This document shows positions 1 to 13,800 of a stretch of DNA of 64,000 bases, piece by piece (position 1 is the first letter of the stretch; each line of letters opens with the position of its first letter). The stretch is taken from the NCBI RefSeq assembly GCF_044704955.1, contig NW_027252691.1, forward strand, positions 124,001-188,000. Direction: 5' to 3'. Made by a program: the position numbers and the translations under genes. The notes beneath the pieces were generated by a model. That model had not been told where the DNA came from. It saw only the letters and a program-made list of their open reading frames with translations, and made no database searches. This DNA comes from Pristiophorus japonicus (taxonomy: Eukaryota).

Positions 1-3000
1 GCCAGGATTCACCCGTTAATCTTCATCACAGGCAGTCCCCCGTAGCCAGGATTCACCCGTTAATCTTCATCACAGGCAGTCCCCCGTAGCCAGGATTCAC
101 CCGTTAATCTTCATCATAGGCAGTCCAGCGGAGCCAGGAATCCCCCGCTAATCTTCATCATAGGCAGTCCCCCCGGAGCCAGGAATCCCTCGCTAATCTT
201 CATCATAGGCAGTCCCCCAGAGCCAGGAATCCCCCGCTAATCTTCATCATAGTCCATCCACCGGAGCCAGGAATCTACCGCTAATCTTCATCATAGTCCA
301 TCCCCTGGAGCCAGCAATCCCCCGCTAATCTACATCATAAGCAGTCACCCCGGAGCCAGGAATTCCCCGCTAATCTTCATCATAGGACATCCGCCTGGAG
401 CCAGGAATCCCCCGCTAATCTTCATCATAGGCAGTCCCCACGGAGCCAGGAATCCCCCGCAAATCTTCATCATAGGCAGTCCCCCCGGAGCCAGGAATCC
501 CTCGCTAATCTTCATCATAGGTCATCCCCCGGATCCAGGAATCCCCCGCTAATCTTCATCACAGGCAGTCCCCCAGAGCCAGGATTCCCCCGCTAATCTT
601 CATCATAGTCCATCCCCCGTAGGCAGGATTGACCCGCTAATCTTCATCATAGTCCGTTCCCCGGAAACAGAACTCACCCGCTAATCTTCATCATAGGCCG
701 TCCCACCGGAGCCAGGAATCCCCCGCTAATCCTCATCATAGGCCATCCCCCCGGAGCCAGGGATCCCCCGCTAATCTTCATCATAGGCAGTCCCCCGGAG
801 CCAGGGATCCCCCGCTAATCTTCATCATAGGCAGTCCCCTGGAGCCAGGAATCTCCCACTAATCTTCATCATCGACAGTCACCCCGGAGCCAGGAATCCT
901 CCGCTAATCTTCATCATAGGCAGCCCCCAGAGCCAGAAATCCCCCGGTAATCTTCATCATAGGCAGCCCCCGAAGACAGGAATCCCCCGCTAATCTTCAT
1001 TATAGGCCATCCGCGGAGCCAGGAATCCCCCGCTGATCTTCATCATAGTCCGTTCCCCGGAGACAGGAATCCCCCGCTAATCTTCATCACAGGCAGTCCC
1101 CCAGAGCCAGGAATCCCCCGCTAATCTTCATCATAGTCCATCCACCGGAGCCAGGAATCTACCGCTAATCTTCATCATAGTCCATCCCCTGGAGCCAGCA
1201 ATCCCCCGCTAATCTACATCATAAGCAGTCACCCCGGAGCCAGGAATTCCCCGCTAATCTTCATCATAGGACATCCGCCTGGAGCCAGGAATCCCCCGCT
1301 AATCTTCATCATAGGCAGTCCCCACGGAGCCAGGAATCCCCCGCAAATCTTCATCATAGGCAGTCCCCCCGGAGCCAGGAATCCCCGGGTAATCTTCATC
1401 ACAGGCAGTCCACCGGGGCCAAGAATCCCCCGCTAATCTTCATCATAATCCGTCCCCGGAGCCAGGAATCCCCCGCTAATCCTCATCATAGGCAGCCCCC
1501 GGAGACAGGAATTCCCCGCTAATCTTCATCATAGGCAGTCCCCGGAGACAGGAATCCTCCGCTAATCTTCAGCATAGGCCATCCCCCGGAGCCAGCAATC
1601 CCCCGCTAATCTTCATCATAGGCAGTCCCCCGGAGCCAGAAATCACCCGCTAATCTTCGTCATAGGCCGTCCCCGGAGCCAGGAATCCCCCGCTAATCTT
1701 CATCATAGGCAGTCCCCCCGGAGCCAGAAATCCCCCGCTAATCCTCATCATAGGCAGTCCCCCAGAGCCAGGAGTCCACCGCTAATCTTCATCATAGGCA
1801 GTCCCCGGAGCCAGGAATCCCCCGCTAATCTTCATCATAGGCAGTCCCCGGAGCCAGGAATCCCCCGCTAATCTTCATCACAGGCAGTCCCCGGAGCCAG
1901 GAATCCCCCGCTAATCTTCATCATAGGCAGTCCCCGGAGCCAGGAATCCCCCGCTAATCTTCATCATAGGCCTTCCCCCCGGAGCCAGGAATCCCCCGCT
2001 AATCTTCATCTTAGGCAGTCCTCCCGGAGCCAGGAATCCCCCGCTAATCCTCATCATAAGCAGTCCCCCCGGAGCCAGGAATCCCCCGCTAATCTTCATC
2101 ATAGACAGTCCCCCCGGAGCCAGAAATCACCCGCTAATCTTCATCATAGGCCGTCCCCGGAGCCAGGAATACCCCGCTCATCTTCATCATAGACAGTCCC
2201 CCCAGAGCCAGGAATCATCTGCGAATCTTCATCATAGGCAGTCCCCGGAGCCAGGAATCCCCCGCTAATCTTCATCATAGGCAGTCAACCCGGAGCCAGG
2301 AATCATCCGCGAATCTTCATCATAGGCAGTCCCCCCGGAGCCAGGATTCCCCCGCTAATCTTCATCATAGGCAGTCCCCCGTAGCCAGGATTCACCCGCT
2401 AATCTTCATCATAGTCCGTTCCCCGGAAACAGGAATCCCCCGCTAATCTTCATCACAGGCAGTCCCCCGTAGCCAGGATTCACCCGTTAATCTTCATCAT
2501 AGGCAGTCCCCCGTAGCCAGGATTCACCCGTTAATCTTCATCATAGGCAGTCCAGCGGAGCCAGGAATCCCCCGCTAATCTTCATCTTAGGCAGTCCCCC
2601 CGGAGCCAGGAATCCCCCGGTAATCTTCATCACAGGCAGTCCCCCGTAGCCAGGATTCACCCGTTAATCTTCATCATAGGCAGTCCCCCCGGAGCCAGAA
2701 CTCACCCGCTAATCTTCATCATAGGCCGTCCCCCCGGAGCCAGAACTCACCCACTAATCTTCATCATAGGCAGTCCCCCCGGAGCCAGAACTCACCCGCT
2801 AATCTTCATCATAGGCAGTCCCCCGGAGCCAGGGATCCCCCGCTAATCTTCATCATAGGCAGTCCCCCGGAGCCAGGGATCCCCCGCTAATCTTCATCAT
2901 AGGCAGTCCCCCAGAGCCAGGAATCCCCCGCTAATCTTCATCATAGGCAGTCCCTCAGAGCCCTGAATCCCCCGCTCATCTTCATCATAGACAGTCACCC

Positions 3001-6000
3001 CAGAGCCAGGTATCCACCGCTAATCTTCATCATAGTCCGTTCCCCGGAGACAGGAAACCCCCGCTAATCTTCATCATAGTCCGTCCCCCGGAGCCAGGAA
3101 TCCCCCGCTAATCTTCATCATAGGCAGTCCCCCAGAGCTAGGATTCCCCCGCTAATCTTCATCATAGGCAGTCCCCGGAGCCAGGAATCCCCCGCTAATC
3201 TTCATCACAGGCAGTCCCCGGAGCCAGGAATCCCCCGCTAATCTTCATCATAGGCAGTCCCCGGAGCCAGGAATCCCCCGCTAATCTTCATCACAGGCAG
3301 TCCCCGGAGCCAGGAATCCCCCGCTAATCTTCATCATAGGCAGTCCCCGGAGCCAGGAATCCCCCGCTAATCTTCATCATAGGCCTTCCCCCCGGAGCCA
3401 GGAATCCCCCGCTAATCTTCATCTTAGGCAGTCCTCCCGGAGCCAGGAATCCCCCGCTAATCCTCATCATAAGCAGTCCCCCCGGAGCCAGGAATCCCCC
3501 GCTAATCTTCATCATAGACAGTCCCCCCGGAGCCAGAAATCACCCGCTAATCTTCATCACAGGCAGTCCCCGGAGCCAGGAATCCCCCGCTAATCTTCAT
3601 CATAGGCAGTCCCCGGAGCCAGGAATCCCCCGCTAATCTTCATCATAGGCCTTCCCCCCGGAGCCAGGAATCCCCCGCTAATCTTCATCTTAGGCAGTCC
3701 TCCCGGAGCCAGGAATCCCCCACTAATCTTCATCTTAGGCAGTCCTCCCGGAGCCAGGAATCCCCCGCTAATCCTCATCATAAGCAGTCCCCCCGGAGCC
3801 AGGAATCCCCCGCTAATCTTCATCATAGACAGTCCCCCCGGAGCCAGAAATCACCCGCTAATCTTCATCATAGGCCGTCCCCGGAGCCAGGAATACCCCG
3901 CTCATCTTCATCATAGACAGTCCCCCCAGAGCCAGGAATCATCCGCGAATCTTCATCATAGGCAGTCCCCGGAGCCAGGAATCCCCCGCTAATCTTCATC
4001 ATAGGCAGTCAACCCGGAGCGAGGAATCATCCGCGAATCTTCATCATAGGCAGTCCCCCCGGAGCCAGGAAACCCCGCTAATCTTCATCATAGGCAGTCC
4101 CCCGGAGCCAGGAATCCCCCGCTAATCTTCACCATAGGCAGTCCCCCAGAGCCAGGAATCCCCCGCTAATCTTCAGCATAGGCACTACCCCGGAGCCAGG
4201 AATCCCCTGCTAATCTTCAAAATAGGCAGTCCCCCGGAGCCAGGAATCCCCCGCTAATCTTCATCATAGGCAGTCCCCGGAGCCAGGAATCCCCCACTAA
4301 TCTTCAGCATAGGCAGTCCCCCGTAGCCAGGAATCCCCCGCTAATCTTCATCACAGGCAGTCCCCCGTAGCCAGGATTCACCCGTTAATCTTCATCACAG
4401 GCAGTCCCCCGTAGCCAGGATTCACCCGTTAATCTTCATCACAGGCAGTCCCCCGTAGCCAGGATTCACCCGTTAATCTTCATCATAGGCAGTCCAGCGG
4501 AGCCAGGAATCCCCCGCTAATCTTCATCATAGGCAGTCCCCCCGGAGCCAGGAATCCCTCGCTAATCTTCATCATAGGCAGTCCCCCAGAGCCAGGAATC
4601 CCCCGCTAATCTTCATCATAGTCCATCCACCGGAGCCAGGAATCTACCGCTAATCTTCATCATAGTCCATCCCCTGGAGCCAGCAATCCCCCGCTAATCT
4701 ACATCATAAGCAGTCACCCCGGAGCCAGGAATTCCCCGCTAATCTTCATCATAGGACATCCGCCTGGAGCCAGGAATCCCCCGCTAATCTTCATCATAGG
4801 CAGTCCCCACGGAGCCAGGAATCCCCCGCAAATCTTCATCATAGGCAGTCCCCCCGGAGCCAGGAATCCCTCGCTAATCTTCATCATAGGTCATCCCCCG
4901 GATCCAGGAATCCCCCGCTAATCTTCATCACAGGCAGTCCCCCAGAGCCAGGATTCCCCCGCTAATCTTCATCATAGTCCATCCCCCGTAGGCAGGATTG
5001 ACCCGCTAATCTTCATCATAGTCCGTTCCCCGGAAACAGAACTCACCCGCTAATCTTCATCATAGGCCGTCCCACCGGAGCCAGGAATCCCCCGCTAATC
5101 CTCATCATAGGCCATCCCCCCGGAGCCAGGGATCCCCCGCTAATCTTCATCATAGGCAGTCCCCCGGAGCCAGGGATCCCCCGCTAATCTTCATCATAGG
5201 CAGTCCCCTGGAGCCAGGAATCTCCCACTAATCTTCATCATCGACAGTCACCCCGGAGCCAGGAATCCTCCGCTAATCTTCATCATAGGCAGCCCCCAGA
5301 GCCAGAAATCCCCCGGTAATCTTCATCATAGGCAGCCCCCGAAGACAGGAATCCCCCGCTAATCTTCATTATAGGCCATCCGCGGAGCCAGGAATCCCCC
5401 GCTGATCTTCATCATAGTCCGTTCCCCGGAGACAGGAATCCCCCGCTAATCTTCATCACAGGCAGTCCCCCAGAGCCAGGAATCCCCCGCTAATCTTCAT
5501 CATAGTCCATCCACCGGAGCCAGGAATCTACCGCTAATCTTCATCATAGTCCATCCCCTGGAGCCAGCAATCCCCCGCTAATCTACATCATAAGCAGTCA
5601 CCCCGGAGCCAGGAATTCCCCGCTAATCTTCATCATAGGACATCCGCCTGGAGCCAGGAATCCCCCGCTAATCTTCATCATAGGCAGTCCCCACGGAGCC
5701 AGGAATCCCCCGCAAATCTTCATCATAGGCAGTCCCCCCGGAGCCAGGAATCCCCGGGTAATCTTCATCACAGGCAGTCCACCGGGGCCAAGAATCCCCC
5801 GCTAATCTTCATCATAATCCGTCCCCGGAGCCAGGAATCCCCCGCTAATCCTCATCATAGGCAGCCCCCGGAGACAGGAATTCCCCGCTAATCTTCATCA
5901 TAGGCAGTCCCCGGAGACAGGAATCCTCCGCTAATCTTCAGCATAGGCCATCCCCCGGAGCCAGCAATCCCCCGCTAATCTTCATCATAGGCAGTCCCCC

Positions 6001-8690
6001 GGAGCCAGAAATCACCCGCTAATCTTCGTCATAGGCCGTCCCCGGAGCCAGGAATCCCCCGCTAATCTTCATCATAGGCAGTCCCCCCGGAGCCAGAAAT
6101 CCCCCGCTAATCCTCATCATAGGCAGTCCCCCAGAGCCAGGAGTCCACCGCTAATCTTCATCATAGGCAGTCCCCGGAGCCAGGAATCCCCCGCTAATCT
6201 TCATCATAGGCAGTCCCCGGAGCCAGGAATCCCCCGCTAATCTTCATCACAGGCAGTCCCCGGAGCCAGGAATCCCCCGCTAATCTTCATCATAGGCAGT
6301 CCCCGGAGCCAGGAATCCCCCGCTAATCTTCATCATAGGCCTTCCCCCCGGAGCCAGGAATCCCCCGCTAATCTTCATCTTAGGCAGTCCTCCCGGAGCC
6401 AGGAATCCCCCGCTAATCCTCATCATAAGCAGTCCCCCCGGAGCCAGGAATCCCCCGCTAATCTTCATCATAGACAGTCCCCCCGGAGCCAGAAATCACC
6501 CGCTAATCTTCATCATAGGCCGTCCCCGGAGCCAGGAATACCCCGCTCATCTTCATCATAGACAGTCCCCCCAGAGCCAGGAATCATCTGCGAATCTTCA
6601 TCATAGGCAGTCCCCGGAGCCAGGAATCCCCCGCTAATCTTCATCATAGGCAGTCAACCCGGAGCCAGGAATCATCCGCGAATCTTCATCATAGGCAGTC
6701 CCCCCGGAGCCAGGATTCCCCCGCTAATCTTCATCATAGGCAGTCCCCCGTAGCCAGGATTCACCCGCTAATCTTCATCATAGTCCGTTCCCCGGAAACA
6801 GGAATCCCCCGCTAATCTTCATCACAGGCAGTCCCCCGTAGCCAGGATTCACCCGTTAATCTTCATCATAGGCAGTCCCCCGTAGCCAGGATTCACCCGT
6901 TAATCTTCATCATAGGCAGTCCAGCGGAGCCAGGAATCCCCCGCTAATCTTCATCTTAGGCAGTCCCCCCGGAGCCAGGAATCCCCCGGTAATCTTCATC
7001 ACAGGCAGTCCCCCGTAGCCAGGATTCACCCGTTAATCTTCATCATAGGCAGTCCCCCCGGAGCCAGAACTCACCCGCTAATCTTCATCATAGGCCGTCC
7101 CCCCGGAGCCAGAACTCACCCACTAATCTTCATCATAGGCAGTCCCCCCGGAGCCAGAACTCACCCGCTAATCTTCATCATAGGCAGTCCCCCGGAGCCA
7201 GGGATCCCCCGCTAATCTTCATCATAGGCAGTCCCCCGGAGCCAGGGATCCCCCGCTAATCTTCATCATAGGCAGTCCCCCAGAGCCAGGAATCCCCCGC
7301 TAATCTTCATCATAGGCAGTCCCTCAGAGCCCTGAATCCCCCGCTCATCTTCATCATAGACAGTCACCCCAGAGCCAGGTATCCACCGCTAATCTTCATC
7401 ATAGTCCGTTCCCCGGAGACAGGAAACCCCCGCTAATCTTCATCATAGTCCGTCCCCCGGAGCCAGGAATCCCCCGCTAATCTTCATCATAGGCAGTCCC
7501 CCAGAGCTAGGATTCCCCCGCTAATCTTCATCATAGGCAGTCCCCGGAGCCAGGAATCCCCCGCTAATCTTCATCACAGGCAGTCCCCGGAGCCAGGAAT
7601 CCCCCGCTAATCTTCATCATAGGCAGTCCCCGGAGCCAGGAATCCCCCGCTAATCTTCATCACAGGCAGTCCCCGGAGCCAGGAATCCCCCGCTAATCTT
7701 CATCATAGGCAGTCCCCGGAGCCAGGAATCCCCCGCTAATCTTCATCATAGGCCTTCCCCCCGGAGCCAGGAATCCCCCGCTAATCTTCATCTTAGGCAG
7801 TCCTCCCGGAGCCAGGAATCCCCCGCTAATCCTCATCATAAGCAGTCCCCCCGGAGCCAGGAATCCCCCGCTAATCTTCATCATAGACAGTCCCCCCGGA
7901 GCCAGAAATCACCCGCTAATCTTCATCACAGGCAGTCCCCGGAGCCAGGAATCCCCCGCTAATCTTCATCATAGGCAGTCCCCGGAGCCAGGAATCCCCC
8001 GCTAATCTTCATCATAGGCCTTCCCCCCGGAGCCAGGAATCCCCCGCTAATCTTCATCTTAGGCAGTCCTCCCGGAGCCAGGAATCCCCCACTAATCTTC
8101 ATCTTAGGCAGTCCTCCCGGAGCCAGGAATCCCCCGCTAATCCTCATCATAAGCAGTCCCCCCGGAGCCAGGAATCCCCCGCTAATCTTCATCATAGACA
8201 GTCCCCCCGGAGCCAGAAATCACCCGCTAATCTTCATCATAGGCCGTCCCCGGAGCCAGGAATACCCCGCTCATCTTCATCATAGACAGTCCCCCCAGAG
8301 CCAGGAATCATCCGCGAATCTTCATCATAGGCAGTCCCCGGAGCCAGGAATCCCCCGCTAATCTTCATCATAGGCAGTCAACCCGGAGCGAGGAATCATC
8401 CGCGAATCTTCATCATAGGCAGTCCCCCCGGAGCCAGGAAACCCCGCTAATCTTCATCATAGGCAGTCCCCCGGAGCCAGGAATCCCCCGCTAATCTTCA
8501 CCATAGGCAGTCCCCCAGAGCCAGGAATCCCCCGCTAATCTTCAGCATAGGCACTACCCCGGAGCCAGGAATCCCCTGCTAATCTTCAAAATAGGCAGTC
8601 CCCCGGAGCCAGGAATCCCCCGCTAATCTTCATCATAGGCAGTCCCCGGAGCCAGGAATCCCCCACTAATCTTCAGCATAGGCAGTCCCC
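1..8690. repeat. Higher-order tandem duplication, period 4369 bp (~99 monomers)
   Basis: ORF offsets 1911/6280, 3324/7693 and 3590/7959 all equal 4369. Position 1 matches 4370. Private variants (GGAGCGAGG, GGCACTACCCC, CTTCAAAATAGG) recur at this offset. The match ends at 4322/8691. Confidence 0.95.
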
Positions 8691-10854
8691 TGGAGCCAGG
8701 AATCTCCCGCTAATCTTTATCATAGGCAGTCCTCCGGAGCCAGGAATGCCCCGATAATCTTCATCATAGGCCTTCCCGCTGGAGCCAGGAATCCCCCGCA
8801 AATCTTCATCATAGGCAGTCCCCGGAGCCAGGAATCTCCCACTAATCTTCATCATCGACAGTCACCCCGGAGCCAGGAATCCTCCGCTAATCTTCATCAT
8901 AGGCAGCCCCCAGAGCCAGAAATCCCCCGGTAATCTTCATCATAGGCAGCCCCCGAAGACAGGAATCCCCCGCTAATCTTCATTATAGGCCATCCCCCGG
9001 AGCCAGGAATCCCCCGCTGATCTTCATCATAGTCCGTTCCCCGGAGACAGGAATCCCCCGCTAATCTTCATCACAGGCAGTCCCCCAGAGCCAGGAATCC
9101 GCCGCTAATCTTCATCATAGTCCATCCACCGGAGCCAGGAATCTACCGCTAATCTTCATCATAGGCCATCCCCCAGAGCAAGGAATCACCCGCTAATCTA
9201 CATCATAAGCAGTCACCCCGGAGCCAGGAATTCCCCGCTAATCTTCATCATAGGACATCCGCCTGGAGCCAGGAATCCCCCACTAATCTTCATCATCGGC
9301 AGTCCCCACGGAGCCAGGAATCCCCCGCAAATCTTCATCATAGGCAGTCCCCCCAGAGCCAGGAATCCCCGGGTAATCTTCATCACAGGCAGTCCCCCGG
9401 GGCCAAGAATCCCCCGCTAATCTTCATCATAGTCCGTCCCCGGAGCCAGGAATCCCCCGCTAATCCTCATCATAGGCAGCCCCCGGAGACAGGAATTCCC
9501 CGCTAATCTTCATCATAGGCAGTCCCCGGAGACAGGAATCCTCCGCTAATCTTCAGCATAGGCCATCCCCCGGAGCCAGCAATCCCCCGCTAATCTTCAT
9601 CATAGGCAGTCCCCCGGAGCCAGAAATCACCCGCTAATCTTCGTCATAGGCCGTCCCCGGAGCCAGGAATCCCCCGCTAATCTTCATCATAGGCAGTCCC
9701 CCCGGAGCCAGAAATCCCCCGCTAATCCTCATCATAGGCAGTCCCCCAGAGCCAGGAGTCCACCGCTAATCTTCATCATAGGCAGTCCCCGGAGCCAGGA
9801 ATCCCCCGCTAATCTCGATCATAGGCAGTCCCCGGAGCCAGGAATCCCCCGCTAATCTTCATCACAGGCAGTCCCCGGAGCCAGGAATCCCCCGCTAATC
9901 TTCATCATAGGCAGTCCCCGGAGCCAGGAATCCCCCGCTAATCTTCATCATAGGCCTTCCCCCCGGAGCCAGGAATCCCCCGCTAATCTTCATCTTAGGC
10001 AGTCCTCCCGGAGCCAGGAATCCCCCGCTAATCTTCATCTTAGGCAGTCCTCCCGGAGCCAGGAATCCCCCGCTAATCCTCATCATAAGCAGTCCCCCCG
10101 GAGCCAGGAATCCCCCGCTAATCTTCATCATAGACAGTCCCCCCGGAGCCAGAAATCACCCGCTAATCTTCATCATAGGCCGTCCCCGGAGCCAGGAATA
10201 CCCCGCTCATCTTCATCATAGACAGTCCCCCCAGAGCCAGGAATCATCCGCGAATCTTCATCATAGGCAGTACCCGGAGCCAGGAATCCCCCGCTAATCT
10301 TCATCATAGGCAGTCAACCCGGAGCCAGGAATCATCCGCGAATCTTCATCATAGGCAGTCCCCCCGGAGCCAGGAAACCCCGCTAATCTTCATCATAGGC
10401 AGTCAACCCGGAGCCAGGAATCCCCTGCTAATCTTCATCATAGGCAGTCCCCCCGGAGCCAGGAATCCCTCGCTAATCTTCATCATAGGTCATCCCCCGG
10501 ATCCAGGAATCCCCCGCTAATCTTCATCACAGGCAGTCCCCCAGAGCCAGGATTCCCCCGCTAATCTTCATCATAGTCCATCCCCCGTAGGCAGGATTCA
10601 CCCGCTAATCTTCATCATAGTCCGTTCCCCGGAAACAGGAATCCCCCGCTAATCTTCATCATAGGCAGTCCCCCGTAGCCAGGATTCACCCGTTAATCTT
10701 CATCATAGGCAGTCCCCCGTAGCCAGGATTCACCCGTTAATCTTCATCTTAGGCAGTGCCCCCGGAGCCAGGAATCCCCCGCTAATCTTCATCACAGGCA
10801 GTCCCCCGTAGCCAGGAATCCCCCGCTAATCTTCATCACAGGCAGTCCCCCGTA

Positions 10855-13800
10855 GCCAGGATTCACCCGTTAATCTTCATCACAGGCAGTCCCCCGTAGC
10901 CAGGATTCACCCGTTAATCTTCATCACAGGCAGTCCCCCGTAGCCAGGATTCACCCGTTAATCTTCATCATAGGCAGTCCAGCGGAGCCAGGAATCCCCC
11001 GCTAATCTTCATCATAGGCAGTCCCCCCGGAGCCAGGAATCCCTCGCTAATCTTCATCATAGGCAGTCCCCCAGAGCCAGGAATCCCCCGCTAATCTTCA
11101 TCATAGTCCATCCACCGGAGCCAGGAATCTACCGCTAATCTTCATCATAGTCCATCCCCTGGAGCCAGCAATCCCCCGCTAATCTACATCATAAGCAGTC
11201 ACCCCGGAGCCAGGAATTCCCCGCTAATCTTCATCATAGGACATCCGCCTGGAGCCAGGAATCCCCCGCTAATCTTCATCATAGGCAGTCCCCACGGAGC
11301 CAGGAATCCCCCGCAAATCTTCATCATAGGCAGTCCCCCCGGAGCCAGGAATCCCTCGCTAATCTTCATCATAGGTCATCCCCCGGATCCAGGAATCCCC
11401 CGCTAATCTTCATCACAGGCAGTCCCCCAGAGCCAGGATTCCCCCGCTAATCTTCATCATAGTCCATCCCCCGTAGGCAGGATTGACCCGCTAATCTTCA
11501 TCATAGTCCGTTCCCCGGAAACAGAACTCACCCGCTAATCTTCATCATAGGCCGTCCCACCGGAGCCAGGAATCCCCCGCTAATCCTCATCATAGGCCAT
11601 CCCCCCGGAGCCAGGGATCCCCCGCTAATCTTCATCATAGGCAGTCCCCCGGAGCCAGGGATCCCCCGCTAATCTTCATCATAGGCAGTCCCCTGGAGCC
11701 AGGAATCTCCCACTAATCTTCATCATCGACAGTCACCCCGGAGCCAGGAATCCTCCGCTAATCTTCATCATAGGCAGCCCCCAGAGCCAGAAATCCCCCG
11801 GTAATCTTCATCATAGGCAGCCCCCGAAGACAGGAATCCCCCGCTAATCTTCATTATAGGCCATCCGCGGAGCCAGGAATCCCCCGCTGATCTTCATCAT
11901 AGTCCGTTCCCCGGAGACAGGAATCCCCCGCTAATCTTCATCACAGGCAGTCCCCCAGAGCCAGGAATCCCCCGCTAATCTTCATCATAGTCCATCCACC
12001 GGAGCCAGGAATCTACCGCTAATCTTCATCATAGTCCATCCCCTGGAGCCAGCAATCCCCCGCTAATCTACATCATAAGCAGTCACCCCGGAGCCAGGAA
12101 TTCCCCGCTAATCTTCATCATAGGACATCCGCCTGGAGCCAGGAATCCCCCGCTAATCTTCATCATAGGCAGTCCCCACGGAGCCAGGAATCCCCCGCAA
12201 ATCTTCATCATAGGCAGTCCCCCCGGAGCCAGGAATCCCCGGGTAATCTTCATCACAGGCAGTCCACCGGGGCCAAGAATCCCCCGCTAATCTTCATCAT
12301 AATCCGTCCCCGGAGCCAGGAATCCCCCGCTAATCCTCATCATAGGCAGCCCCCGGAGACAGGAATTCCCCGCTAATCTTCATCATAGGCAGTCCCCGGA
12401 GACAGGAATCCTCCGCTAATCTTCAGCATAGGCCATCCCCCGGAGCCAGCAATCCCCCGCTAATCTTCATCATAGGCAGTCCCCCGGAGCCAGAAATCAC
12501 CCGCTAATCTTCGTCATAGGCCGTCCCCGGAGCCAGGAATCCCCCGCTAATCTTCATCATAGGCAGTCCCCCCGGAGCCAGAAATCCCCCGCTAATCCTC
12601 ATCATAGGCAGTCCCCCAGAGCCAGGAGTCCACCGCTAATCTTCATCATAGGCAGTCCCCGGAGCCAGGAATCCCCCGCTAATCTTCATCATAGGCAGTC
12701 CCCGGAGCCAGGAATCCCCCGCTAATCTTCATCACAGGCAGTCCCCGGAGCCAGGAATCCCCCGCTAATCTTCATCATAGGCAGTCCCCGGAGCCAGGAA
12801 TCCCCCGCTAATCTTCATCATAGGCCTTCCCCCCGGAGCCAGGAATCCCCCGCTAATCTTCATCTTAGGCAGTCCTCCCGGAGCCAGGAATCCCCCGCTA
12901 ATCCTCATCATAAGCAGTCCCCCCGGAGCCAGGAATCCCCCGCTAATCTTCATCATAGACAGTCCCCCCGGAGCCAGAAATCACCCGCTAATCTTCATCA
13001 TAGGCCGTCCCCGGAGCCAGGAATACCCCGCTCATCTTCATCATAGACAGTCCCCCCAGAGCCAGGAATCATCTGCGAATCTTCATCATAGGCAGTCCCC
13101 GGAGCCAGGAATCCCCCGCTAATCTTCATCATAGGCAGTCAACCCGGAGCCAGGAATCATCCGCGAATCTTCATCATAGGCAGTCCCCCCGGAGCCAGGA
13201 AACCCCGCTAATCTTCATCATAGGCAGTCAACCCGGAGCCAGGAATCCCCCGCTAATCTTCATCATAGGCAGTCCCCCCGGAGCCAGGAATCCCTCGCTA
13301 ATCTTCATCATAGGTCATCCCCCGGAGCCAGGAATCCCCCGCTAATCTTCATCACAGGCAGTCCCCCAGAGCCAGGATTCCCCCGCTAATCTTCATCATA
13401 GGCAGTCCCCCGTAGCCAGGATTCACCCGCTAATCTTCATCATAGTCCGTTCCCCGGAAACAGGAATCCCCCGCTAATCTTCATCACAGGCAGTCCCCCG
13501 TAGCCAGGATTCACCCGTTAATCTTCATCATAGGCAGTCCCCCGTAGCCAGGATTCACCCGTTAATCTTCATCATAGGCAGTCCAGCGGAGCCAGGAATC
13601 CCCCGCTAATCTTCATCTTAGGCAGTCCCCCCGGAGCCAGGAATCCCCCGGTAATCTTCATCACAGGCAGTCCCCCGTAGCCAGGATTCACCCGTTAATC
13701 TTCATCATAGGCAGTCCCCCCGGAGCCAGAACTCACCCGCTAATCTTCATCATAGGCCGTCCCCCCGGAGCCAGAACTCACCCACTAATCTTCATCATAG

